Origin: an uncultured Gammaproteobacteria bacterium
GTDB taxonomy: Bacteria; Pseudomonadota; Gammaproteobacteria; Arenicellales; JAANXG01
NCBI GenBank assembly: GCA_947258975.1
Contig: CAMYKK010000003.1
Coordinates: 24,503 to 88,502, forward strand
Reading direction: 5' to 3'
Length of the DNA stretch: 64,000 bases
In this document: positions 1-7,339 of the stretch, piece by piece
Numbering within the stretch: position 1 is the first letter of the stretch
How the letters are laid out: every line of letters begins with the position of its first letter
Position numbers and translations under genes: made by a program
The notes under the pieces: generated by a model
Told to the model about the DNA's origin: nothing
The model's input: only the letters and a program-made list of their open reading frames with translations
Databases searched by the model: none

Positions 1-249
1 AGCGAACTGATTGAAGAAGTACGCGGCGGCTTTGCCGTGCGGCCCTCACGCAAAGCTGATGTGCCTGCGATTGACGATGACCCCGGAAATGGTATGCGGC
101 TTGGGGACCACGTACGTCACCGGAAGTTTGGCGATGGTGTGGTGTTGAGCATCGAAGGCCGGGGTCAATACACTCGCGTGCAAGTAAATTTCGAGGCCGT
201 GGGAAGCAAGTGGCTGGTGTTGGCCTACGCCGATCTCCAGTCATTATGA
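1..249 (+). CDS. uvrD: DNA helicase II (UvrD/Rep family), C-terminal fragment; 5' end lies outside the window
   Basis: Frame 1 is open from the window edge to TGA at 247-249. The tail GDHVRHRKFGDGVVLSIEGRGQYTRVQVNFEAVGSKWLVLAYADLQSL resembles the conserved UvrD C-terminus (..FGEGTIVN.EG.G...LQV.F...G.KWLV.AYA.LE..). Confidence 0.7.
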   Translation, partial: SELIEEVRGGFAVRPSRKADVPAIDDDPGNGMRLGDHVRHRKFGDGVVLSIEGRGQYTRVQVNFEAVGSKWLVLAYADLQSL

Positions 250-280
250 CCGCCGTAAATGCACGCAACAGGGCGGTTTG
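248..280 (+). terminator. Possible weak intrinsic terminator after uvrD
   Basis: ACCGCC (249-254) pairs with GGCGGT (272-277) across a 17-nt loop, followed by only TTT. Weak. Confidence 0.3.
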
Positions 281-285
281 GTGTA

Positions 286-312
286 TATTGTTAAAGTCAC
301 ATATTAACAATA
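286..312. promoter_or_regulatory. Perfect palindrome TATTGTTAA-N9-TTAACAATA upstream of the GGDEF gene (candidate operator)
   Basis: 9-bp arms at 286-294 and 304-312 are exact reverse complements. The site ends 23 nt before the ATG at 335. Confidence 0.3.
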
Positions 313-334
313 GACCAGGTGGGCCCGAGTCGAG

Positions 335-1060
335 ATGTCGAAGTCCCCGTACCCTGATCGAGTGACAGTCCTGACGCGTTTGGGCGTAGCGAGTTTTTCC
401 GCGTTGTTTGCTGCGTTGGGTATCGGGATCTGGGGGGCCGGTCCGCCCGCCTGGTGGGTGGCGGCCGGGGTTACGGCTTTGATCGCCGTGATTGTCACTG
501 TGCTGATCTACGCGTGGGTGGTGCAGCCGCTAATGGCGCACCGCATTGACGACAGCCGTGTTGACGAACTCGACGAGCTTACGCCAACCCTGAGCCGTCA
601 CGGCATTACCGTGAAGTTGTTCGAGTTTATGGCGCTGGCCGATCGATACGGCAACCGACTCTCTGTCGCTATAGTTGGTATCGACCACCTGCATGATCTG
701 GTCAGCGAATTTGGTGACCAGGCGCGCGACTCCGCCCTGGAGGCCATAACCGAGGTGTTGACTGAAACGATAAGAATGCCTGACCGTATTGGGCGTTATG
801 AAGAGGACAAGTTTTTGACCATTTTGCCGGAGACCAACATGAGCGGCGCTTGTCAGATCGCCGAACGCATCCGGTCTGCCGTCTATAAGACAGACATCGG
901 GATCACCACTCGGCGCAAGGTGAGGCTCACCGTGAGTATCGGGGTTACGGTCTTCAGGCGCGGCGAAGACCTGAATCAATTGTTGTCGCGGGCGACCCGG
1001 ATCCTTGCGCAAGCGAAGACTCAAGGCCGCAATCGCGTGCTGACCGACTTGGCCGCCTGA
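335..1060 (+). CDS. Membrane-anchored GGDEF-domain protein with degenerate active site (EEDKF) and retained RxxD I-site
   Basis: Two N-terminal hydrophobic helices precede a GGDEF fold (..VAIVGIDHL.., ..PDRIGRYEEDKFLTILPETN.., ..AQAKTQGRNRV). GGDEF is replaced by EEDKF. RMPD sits five residues upstream, as in canonical I-sites. Confidence 0.85.
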   Translation: MSKSPYPDRVTVLTRLGVASFSALFAALGIGIWGAGPPAWWVAAGVTALIAVIVTVLIYAWVVQPLMAHRIDDSRVDELDELTPTLSRHGITVKLFEFMALADRYGNRLSVAIVGIDHLHDLVSEFGDQARDSALEAITEVLTETIRMPDRIGRYEEDKFLTILPETNMSGACQIAERIRSAVYKTDIGITTRRKVRLTVSIGVTVFRRGEDLNQLLSRATRILAQAKTQGRNRVLTDLAA

Positions 1061-1113
1061 TCGGAGTTCTCGGAACAGCGTTAGCAACGCACCCCCTATG
1101 GAGATAAGCTTTC

Positions 1114-1635
1114 GTGATGCACTATTTTGCCTTTGGCTCTAATATGTTGAGCGCGAGACTGCGGGCTCGTGTAGGCGATTTTCCGGCCGGCATCGCCGGC
1201 GCAGTAGCGGGCCATCAACTGCGGTTCCATAAGCGCAGTGGTGACGGGTCAGCGAAATGTGACTCTTATTGCACGAATAATTCCGATGATGTGTTACCTG
1301 GGGTGGCCTATCAAATCTCTGCGGCACAGCAAGTGTTGCTCGACCGCTTCGAAGGCAGGGGTTACTCGAAACTCGAGATTGGGGTAAACGTCGATGGTGA
1401 CCGCTTTGCGGCGTATATGTATGTTGCCGAGCCTGATTATGTTGATCCCGACCTGGCCCCCTATCACTGGTACAAACAGTTCGTCATCGCCGGCGCCAGG
1501 GAGTTTGCGCTGCCGAGTCACCATGTACGCGCCATCTCCAATATCCAGGCGGTAACGGATCCAGACAACGAGCGGCATCTTCGCAACATGGCGGTGCTCA
1601 GCAACCCAGCGATTACTGAGCAACCATTGATTTGA
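1114..1635 (+). CDS. Gamma-glutamylcyclotransferase (GGCT/AIG2-like) family protein
   Basis: The N-terminus MMHYFAFGSNMLSARL is the GGCT YFAYGSNM-type motif. The 3' end overlaps the convergent deacetylase gene by 23 nt. Confidence 0.7.
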   Translation: MMHYFAFGSNMLSARLRARVGDFPAGIAGAVAGHQLRFHKRSGDGSAKCDSYCTNNSDDVLPGVAYQISAAQQVLLDRFEGRGYSKLEIGVNVDGDRFAAYMYVAEPDYVDPDLAPYHWYKQFVIAGAREFALPSHHVRAISNIQAVTDPDNERHLRNMAVLSNPAITEQPLI

Positions 1636-2560
1636 GTACTTCGTTCCACCCCAAGGCGAGGTTGGTTCGGTTATATCCGCCACCCCCCATGGCGATGATC
1701 CGTCCCTGGCAAAATTCATCTGCGAGAGCGCACAGGCGCCGCGCGGCATGACCGTGGGCCCGGGGGGAAAAAGCCATGTCCGTAATCGGGTCTCCCTTGA
1801 TACTGTCGGCTCCGGCTTGAAGAAGGACGAACTCCGGTTTGCTTTCGCGCAGAAATTCCTCCACCGCCGGCCAGACTTTGAAAAAGGCCGTATCGTCGGC
1901 CCCGGGAGGTAATGGAATGTTCAGTTTTGTACCCTGCGCAACGCCCTTGCCGGTTTCGTTCGCAAACCCGGTGCCGGGATATAAAAAACGGCCGTCTTCG
2001 TGAATATCGGCAATCAGCAAGTCGGGATCGGACTCAAAAGCATAAAAGACGCCGTCGCCATGATGGGCATCGATGTCTACATAGGCAACCTTTTTGACGG
2101 CGAAGACTCGTCTTAGTGTTTCGATCAAGATGCCGGCATCGTTGAAAACGCAGAAGCCAGCGGCGTTGTCGCGGCGCGCGTGATGCAATCCCGCAATGGG
2201 AACGAAGATGCGGGTATGACTTCCTTCCATGGCATGCGTCAATGCCTCCAGATCGCTGCCGACAACATAACAAGCAGCCTCGAATATGCCTGGGAATGCC
2301 GGCGTATCGCCATAGTCTAGATATCCTCGACCGGAGAGAGATTGTCTTTTGACCCGCGCGATGTACTCTCGGTCGTGAAAGCAAGTTAGTGCCTGCTCGT
2401 TGCAGCGTACGGGCGCGCCGATGTCAACGTGCTTGTCGACGCCTTGTTTCACGGCCTCCCTCCAAAAGGCCTGGATGCGGTCAGGGCCAAAAGGATGGCC
2501 GTCGCCAAAAGCATAACGTCCAAGTTCTTCACCGTAGTAGACCAGTGCCGGCGCCGTCAT
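1613..2560 (-). CDS. Histone deacetylase-family (AcuC / acetylpolyamine amidohydrolase-like) deacetylase
   Basis: Motifs HHARRDNAAGFCVFND and DIDAHHGDG are present. Start trimmed to the ATG at 2560 (MTAPALVYYGEE..), which overlaps the upstream stop as ATGA. The track ORF extends to 2668 but then overlaps the upstream gene. Confidence 0.85.
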   Translation of the reverse strand: MTAPALVYYGEELGRYAFGDGHPFGPDRIQAFWREAVKQGVDKHVDIGAPVRCNEQALTCFHDREYIARVKRQSLSGRGYLDYGDTPAFPGIFEAACYVVGSDLEALTHAMEGSHTRIFVPIAGLHHARRDNAAGFCVFNDAGILIETLRRVFAVKKVAYVDIDAHHGDGVFYAFESDPDLLIADIHEDGRFLYPGTGFANETGKGVAQGTKLNIPLPPGADDTAFFKVWPAVEEFLRESKPEFVLLQAGADSIKGDPITDMAFSPRAHGHAARRLCALADEFCQGRIIAMGGGGYNRTNLALGWNEVLKSMVAQ

Positions 2561-2922
2561 GGTGCTTTGTAGCATTCCCAGGAGGCGATTTTTGTCCCGC
2601 GCTTCCCCGCCAAGAACCAGCGTGCACCCGGGTTCAGCATGTCGGTAGGGGGTTTTTCGTTTTTCCAACGCGCGGTCACAATGGCCTCAGCCTCACAGTT
2701 TTTCTCGGCGAACATCCGGCAATATTCAAATCCAACCAGTGAAACGCGGTAGACACGGCGTTTGGTCAAAAAATTGTGACAACCCGGCTTGCTGGTGCCG
2801 GTGACGAAGGAGATCAGGCTTTGTTGTTGTTTGCTGTTAGCGGAGTAAAAACGGATTTCAGCAGACCATGCGACCGCGCTGCAGAACAGGCAAGCAAGAG
2901 CGAAAATGCGGACTAATTTCAT
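2557..2922 (-). CDS. Small secreted protein (Sec signal peptide, 4 Cys in the mature part), unknown function
   Basis: MKLVRIFALACLFCSAVAWS/AE is a classical signal peptide. Both ends are ATGA start/stop overlaps with neighbouring genes (2919-2922 and 2557-2560). I recognise no family. Confidence 0.6.
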   Translation of the reverse strand: MKLVRIFALACLFCSAVAWSAEIRFYSANSKQQQSLISFVTGTSKPGCHNFLTKRRVYRVSLVGFEYCRMFAEKNCEAEAIVTARWKNEKPPTDMLNPGARWFLAGKRGTKIASWECYKAP

Positions 2923-3626
2923 GGGTGAAATATACTTTTATAACTGCAATAGGCGGCACATAGCGATACTGGCATTAAAACCAGATACCCAAGGAAGAAC
3001 GGGATTGCAGCCAAGAACGCGAGGACTAGGTAGATCACGCCAAAAAGGAGAAACGGTAACATATTGATCAAGCAGGCATTGGCACTCAACTTTACGGCTT
3101 CAATTGGTGTCAACTGATCCAGCATGACAAGGGGAACAGCATAAAATAACACCATTATGATCGAGCCCTCCAACAATAAAAGTACCAAAACCCCAAAGAA
3201 AGTGCCTATGCCCGCTGATATTTTTGTCACGACATCACTACCGCTGATATGTCCGGTCGTCAATGAACCACCGATCAGACTCGTCGCAATCAGCGTGAGC
3301 ACGATAGTGGCGGCCAACATCATGGCGCCAAGAATTAACAGTGACGAAGTCTTGGATCTGTCGCTAAAACCTGCAAACAGCGTCTTGACGTGAAGCCGTC
3401 CATTGTCATCTACTGTCTTCGCGCCACGATACAACCCGCCCAAGAATACGGGCGACACCAGCATCAGCGTCAATTGACCGATCACCGGTACGAACATTAG
3501 GATGACATTGATCAGCGCCAAGACCAAGAGTATCGCAACCCAGATGATTGGAACTCGCCGGAACAGCTGCCACCCGCAGGTATACCAGTGCATACCGTCG
3601 CCAAGCTCAACTTGTCTTGGTTGCAT
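2919..3626 (-). CDS. Multi-pass integral membrane protein, family uncertain
   Basis: 235 aa with about 5-6 hydrophobic helices. Visibly more AT-rich (about 40-50% GC in the stretches I counted) than its surroundings. Confidence 0.7.
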   Translation of the reverse strand: MQPRQVELGDGMHWYTCGWQLFRRVPIIWVAILLVLALINVILMFVPVIGQLTLMLVSPVFLGGLYRGAKTVDDNGRLHVKTLFAGFSDRSKTSSLLILGAMMLAATIVLTLIATSLIGGSLTTGHISGSDVVTKISAGIGTFFGVLVLLLLEGSIIMVLFYAVPLVMLDQLTPIEAVKLSANACLINMLPFLLFGVIYLVLAFLAAIPFFLGYLVLMPVSLCAAYCSYKSIFHP

Positions 3627-3776
3627 GGCGAATATTTCCGAGTGCGGTCACCGCCGTGAGTCGATGGACTGCGTTAAACAAGATATGGTGACGGTCAACC
3701 GCGGCGGGATTTGTTTGGTTGCGCTCGCGGCGCGACGTTCGTTCAACGCCGCGTCCCGGCCGTTGAAATGCGAGCG

Positions 3777-4121
3777 TTAAAAATTTCCTAAACGCCACTT
3801 GGGCAGGTTGACGTCATCCTCGATAGAGTCCGCCGGCCGCCTGTTTAATTCACCGTCGCCATATTGATCCATCATATATAAGGGAGCCGTGCCTTTGGGT
3901 TTCACCTTCAGCATGTACAATTGGCCAAATCGGCGATACTCGGTAATCGCCTGAGCGCCTTCCTGGTATTCACGAATATCCACGGCGCCGACACCCTCTT
4001 CAGGGGTGCGCTCAACGGTCTGTTCATCGGGCCCGGCCAGCTCACCCGCGACAGTTTGCGCCTGGGCAACTGGACAGAAAGCAATGAGGACGATGGTAAT
4101 GAGGCTGGTGAAATAGCGCAT
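3777..4121 (-). CDS. DUF2782-like secreted protein (commonly divergent from polA)
   Basis: Signal peptide MRYFTSLITIVLIAFCPVAQA/Q. The core ..ITEYRRFGQLYMLKVKPKGTAPLYMMD.. is as I recall for DUF2782. It is divergent from polA, as in pseudomonads. Confidence 0.65.
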   Translation of the reverse strand: MRYFTSLITIVLIAFCPVAQAQTVAGELAGPDEQTVERTPEEGVGAVDIREYQEGAQAITEYRRFGQLYMLKVKPKGTAPLYMMDQYGDGELNRRPADSIEDDVNLPKWRLGNF

Positions 4122-4245
4122 GGATGATATGTCTCCCGGTGCTCAGGTGTAGATTAACACCCAAATATGGCAATCGAAAGCCGCTTTATATTAAATAGAC
4201 CCGGATTGAATCAGAGAGTTCGCAATTGATTACGATTGACGCGGC

Positions 4246-6939
4246 ATGAATAGAGCCAAAAAACTCATACTCGTAGACGGCTCATCCTACATGTACCGGG
4301 CGTTTCATGCCCTGCCCAAGCTCGCAAGCTCCTCCGGCGAGCCCACGGGAGCCGTATACGGTGTGATCAATATGATCCGGCGATTGTTGGCCGATCATGC
4401 CGCCGGCTTCGTGGCTATCGTATTCGATGCCAAGGGTAAAAACTTTCGTCACGACCTGTATCCGCAGTACAAGGCCACGCGTCCGCCGATGCCCGACGAA
4501 CTTCGTCAACAGGTTCCGGTATTGCACGCACTGATCCGGGCGATGGGGTTGCCACTGCTCATTGTTGATGGCGTCGAGGCCGATGACGTGATTGCCACTC
4601 TGGCATCACGGGCTGCACAACGTGGAATGGATACCATTGTATCAACCGGCGACAAGGATCTTGCCCAGATCGTTAATGATCATGTGAGCCTGGTGGATAC
4701 CATGCGCAATATAGTCTACGACCGAGACGCGGTGGAAAAAAAATATGGTGTTCCACCAGAACGCATCGTCGACTATCTCGCGTTAGTTGGCGACGCATCC
4801 GACAATGTTCCCGGCGTGGCAAAGGTTGGGCCAAAAACGGCCCAAAAATGGCTGCGTCAATACGGGTCGTTGGACGCACTGATCAAACACGCGGATGAGA
4901 TCACCGGCAAGGTCGGCGCCAACCTGCGCGACAGTTCGGAAGTGCTCTGCTTATCCCGGCAGTTGGTGACGGTGAAGCGCGACTTGGAACTCGATGTCGA
5001 TCCCACCGATCTTTGCGTTATGGCGGCGGACGCGGAGAAGCTGAAACGATTGTATGCGCGCCTGGAATTTCAAAACTGGTTGGCGGAGTTAGGCGGAATC
5101 AGCGATGCTTCTAGTAACGACGGCATCAAGCGGGACTACACCGTGATCACCGATGAGTCGGTATTAGACGCATGGCTCCAGCGCCTTGTCGACGCGCCGT
5201 TGTTTGCGTTTGACACCGAGACCACGTCGTTGGATGCCGTGTCTGCCGAATTGGTGGGGGTGTCATTCGCGGTGCAGTCCGGCGCCGCCGCCTATGTGCC
5301 GTTTGGACACGATTATACCAAGGCGCCGCAACAGCTTACCCGCGAGTTGGTGCTCAAAAAATTGTCGGTGCTGCTGGAAGACCCTACACAGCTCAAAGTT
5401 GGTCAGAACTTGAAATACGATCACTGTGTGCTCGCCGGTTACGATATAGAGCTGCGCGGCATCGCATTTGACACTATGTTGGAATCCTATGTGCTGGATA
5501 GTGTGGCCAATCGTCACGATATGGACACGCTGGCGATGAAGTACCTCGGCCACAAGACGATCACCTTCGAAGAGATCGCCGGTAAAGGAAAATCTCAGTT
5601 GACGTTTAATCAAATCGGCGTTGATGAGGCGGCACAGTATGCTGCGGAGGACGCGGATATCACCTTGCGCCTGCATCACGCGTTGTGGCCGAAACTCAAT
5701 GCGGAGCCGAGGCTACGGGATCTGTTTGCAAAGATAGAAATACCGTTGATTCCGGTTTTATCGCGTATTGAACGTCGTGGCGTAAAGATTGATGCGGAGA
5801 TGCTCGCCCAACAAAGTGCGCAGCTAAAGAAGAGAATCACAACGCTGGAGGAACGAATTCACGCTGCCGCCGGTGGCCCGTTCAACGTCGCCTCTCCCAA
5901 GCAGATCCAAGAAGTGTTGTACCAACGCCTGAATCTGCCGGTGTTGCGCAAGACCCCAAAGGGGCAACCGTCCACCGCCGAAAGCGTGCTCCAAGAACTA
6001 GCCGTGGATTATGATCTGCCGCGGCTCATTCTCGAATACCGTGCGCTAAGCAAGTTGAAGTCAACGTACACCGACAAACTACCGGATATGGTCAATCCCA
6101 ATACCGGACGCGTGCATACATCCTACCACCAAGCGGTGGCGGCTACCGGACGCTTATCATCGGCGGATCCCAATCTGCAAAATATTCCGATACGTACGGC
6201 AGAAGGCCGGCGTATCCGCGAGGCGTTCGTGGCGGAGCCCGGTGATGTCATCCTGTCGGCGGACTATTCGCAAGTAGAGTTGCGCATCATGGCGCATCTA
6301 TCTCAAGATGCCGGCTTGTTGCAGGCATTCGAAGATGGTGTGGACATCCACCGGGCAACAGCCGCAGAGGTATTCGGATCGACCCCGCAAGATGTCACAG
6401 ACGAGCAGCGCCGGCATGCGAAAGCCATCAACTTCGGGCTCATCTACGGCATGTCGGCGTTCGGTTTAGCCCGTCAATTACGTATCGATCGGTCCGCCGC
6501 CCAGGAGTATGTCGACCTGTATTTTGCCCGTTATCCCGGAGTCAAACGATTTATGGACGAGACTCGTGCGCTTGCCCACGAACAAGGTTACGTCGAGACT
6601 GTATTCGGTAGGCGCCTTTATTTGCCGGAGATTAACGCCAGTAATCACGCGCGGCGCCAGTATGCGGAACGCACCGCGATAAACGCGCCGATGCAGGGTA
6701 CGGCCGCGGACTTAATTAAGATGGCGATGCTCATGATCGACGACTGGATCCGCGAAAATAACAAGGACTTGCGAATGGTCATGCAAGTGCACGACGAGTT
6801 GGTGTTCGAGGTCCCGGAATTCGAGCTTGGACAAGCCGGCGGTGAGATTGCGAAGTTGATGGGTGGTGTCGCGCAGCTAATGGTGCCGCTTGAGGTCGAT
6901 GTCGGCAGTGGCGCCAATTGGGCACTGGCCCACGTGTGA
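4246..6939 (+). CDS. polA: DNA polymerase I
   Basis: 897 aa with a 5'-3' exonuclease N-terminus (LILVDGSSYMYRAFHA), a 3'-5' exonuclease domain (FAFDTETTSLD) and polymerase motifs (DYSQVELRIMAHLS, QVHDELVFE). Confidence 0.98.
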   Translation: MNRAKKLILVDGSSYMYRAFHALPKLASSSGEPTGAVYGVINMIRRLLADHAAGFVAIVFDAKGKNFRHDLYPQYKATRPPMPDELRQQVPVLHALIRAMGLPLLIVDGVEADDVIATLASRAAQRGMDTIVSTGDKDLAQIVNDHVSLVDTMRNIVYDRDAVEKKYGVPPERIVDYLALVGDASDNVPGVAKVGPKTAQKWLRQYGSLDALIKHADEITGKVGANLRDSSEVLCLSRQLVTVKRDLELDVDPTDLCVMAADAEKLKRLYARLEFQNWLAELGGISDASSNDGIKRDYTVITDESVLDAWLQRLVDAPLFAFDTETTSLDAVSAELVGVSFAVQSGAAAYVPFGHDYTKAPQQLTRELVLKKLSVLLEDPTQLKVGQNLKYDHCVLAGYDIELRGIAFDTMLESYVLDSVANRHDMDTLAMKYLGHKTITFEEIAGKGKSQLTFNQIGVDEAAQYAAEDADITLRLHHALWPKLNAEPRLRDLFAKIEIPLIPVLSRIERRGVKIDAEMLAQQSAQLKKRITTLEERIHAAAGGPFNVASPKQIQEVLYQRLNLPVLRKTPKGQPSTAESVLQELAVDYDLPRLILEYRALSKLKSTYTDKLPDMVNPNTGRVHTSYHQAVAATGRLSSADPNLQNIPIRTAEGRRIREAFVAEPGDVILSADYSQVELRIMAHLSQDAGLLQAFEDGVDIHRATAAEVFGSTPQDVTDEQRRHAKAINFGLIYGMSAFGLARQLRIDRSAAQEYVDLYFARYPGVKRFMDETRALAHEQGYVETVFGRRLYLPEINASNHARRQYAERTAINAPMQGTAADLIKMAMLMIDDWIRENNKDLRMVMQVHDELVFEVPEFELGQAGGEIAKLMGGVAQLMVPLEVDVGSGANWALAHV

Positions 6940-6955
6940 GTATTACGGAAGCAGT

Positions 6956-7179
6956 CCGTATTTCTCACCAGGCGGCGCCATACTGTGAAAAATAGGGGTC
7001 GGAGTCAGAAATAGGGGTCGGAGTCTTTGACTCTGACCCCTATTTCTCTATTTCTTTCATTTTTCCAGACTCCGGCCTCCATTTTAATCGCTCCAGGCAG
7101 GCGCTCAGCTGCACGAGTCCCTTGTGCTGCGCGGAGTCGCAGTATGCGCCAGCATCCGGGATCCCGGTGAGAAATGCGG
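6956..7179. repeat. MITE/REP-like composite repeat with imperfect terminal inverted repeats and an internal hairpin module
   Basis: The left arm CCGTATTTCTCACCAGGCGGCGCCATACTG (6956-6985) matches the reverse complement of 7140-7179 (CCGCATTTCTCACCGGG..GGCGCATACTG, with an 11-12 nt indel). Internally AATAGGGGTCGGAGTC occurs twice in tandem plus once inverted. Related copies are listed below. Confidence 0.6.
7009..7060 (+). terminator. Intrinsic terminator of polA, formed by the repeat hairpin module
   Basis: ATAGGGGTCGGAGTC (7011-7025), loop TTT, GACTCTGACCCCTAT (7029-7043). This gives a 15-bp stem with one G-U pair, followed by a T-rich tract TTCTCTATTTCTTTCATTTTT. Confidence 0.6.
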
Positions 7180-7339
7180 GTCGGGGCTGAAGCACTGCAA
7201 ATTCAGGACGTTATCCGAAAAATGTCATAAAATAGCTTGACTGTCATTGATAGATATCCGATGTTAACAAAGGGGTGGGCGATGCAAGGTGACCCGGTTT
7301 GTCCAAGGTATAGACACAGGCATAAAGTGAGGTAATACG

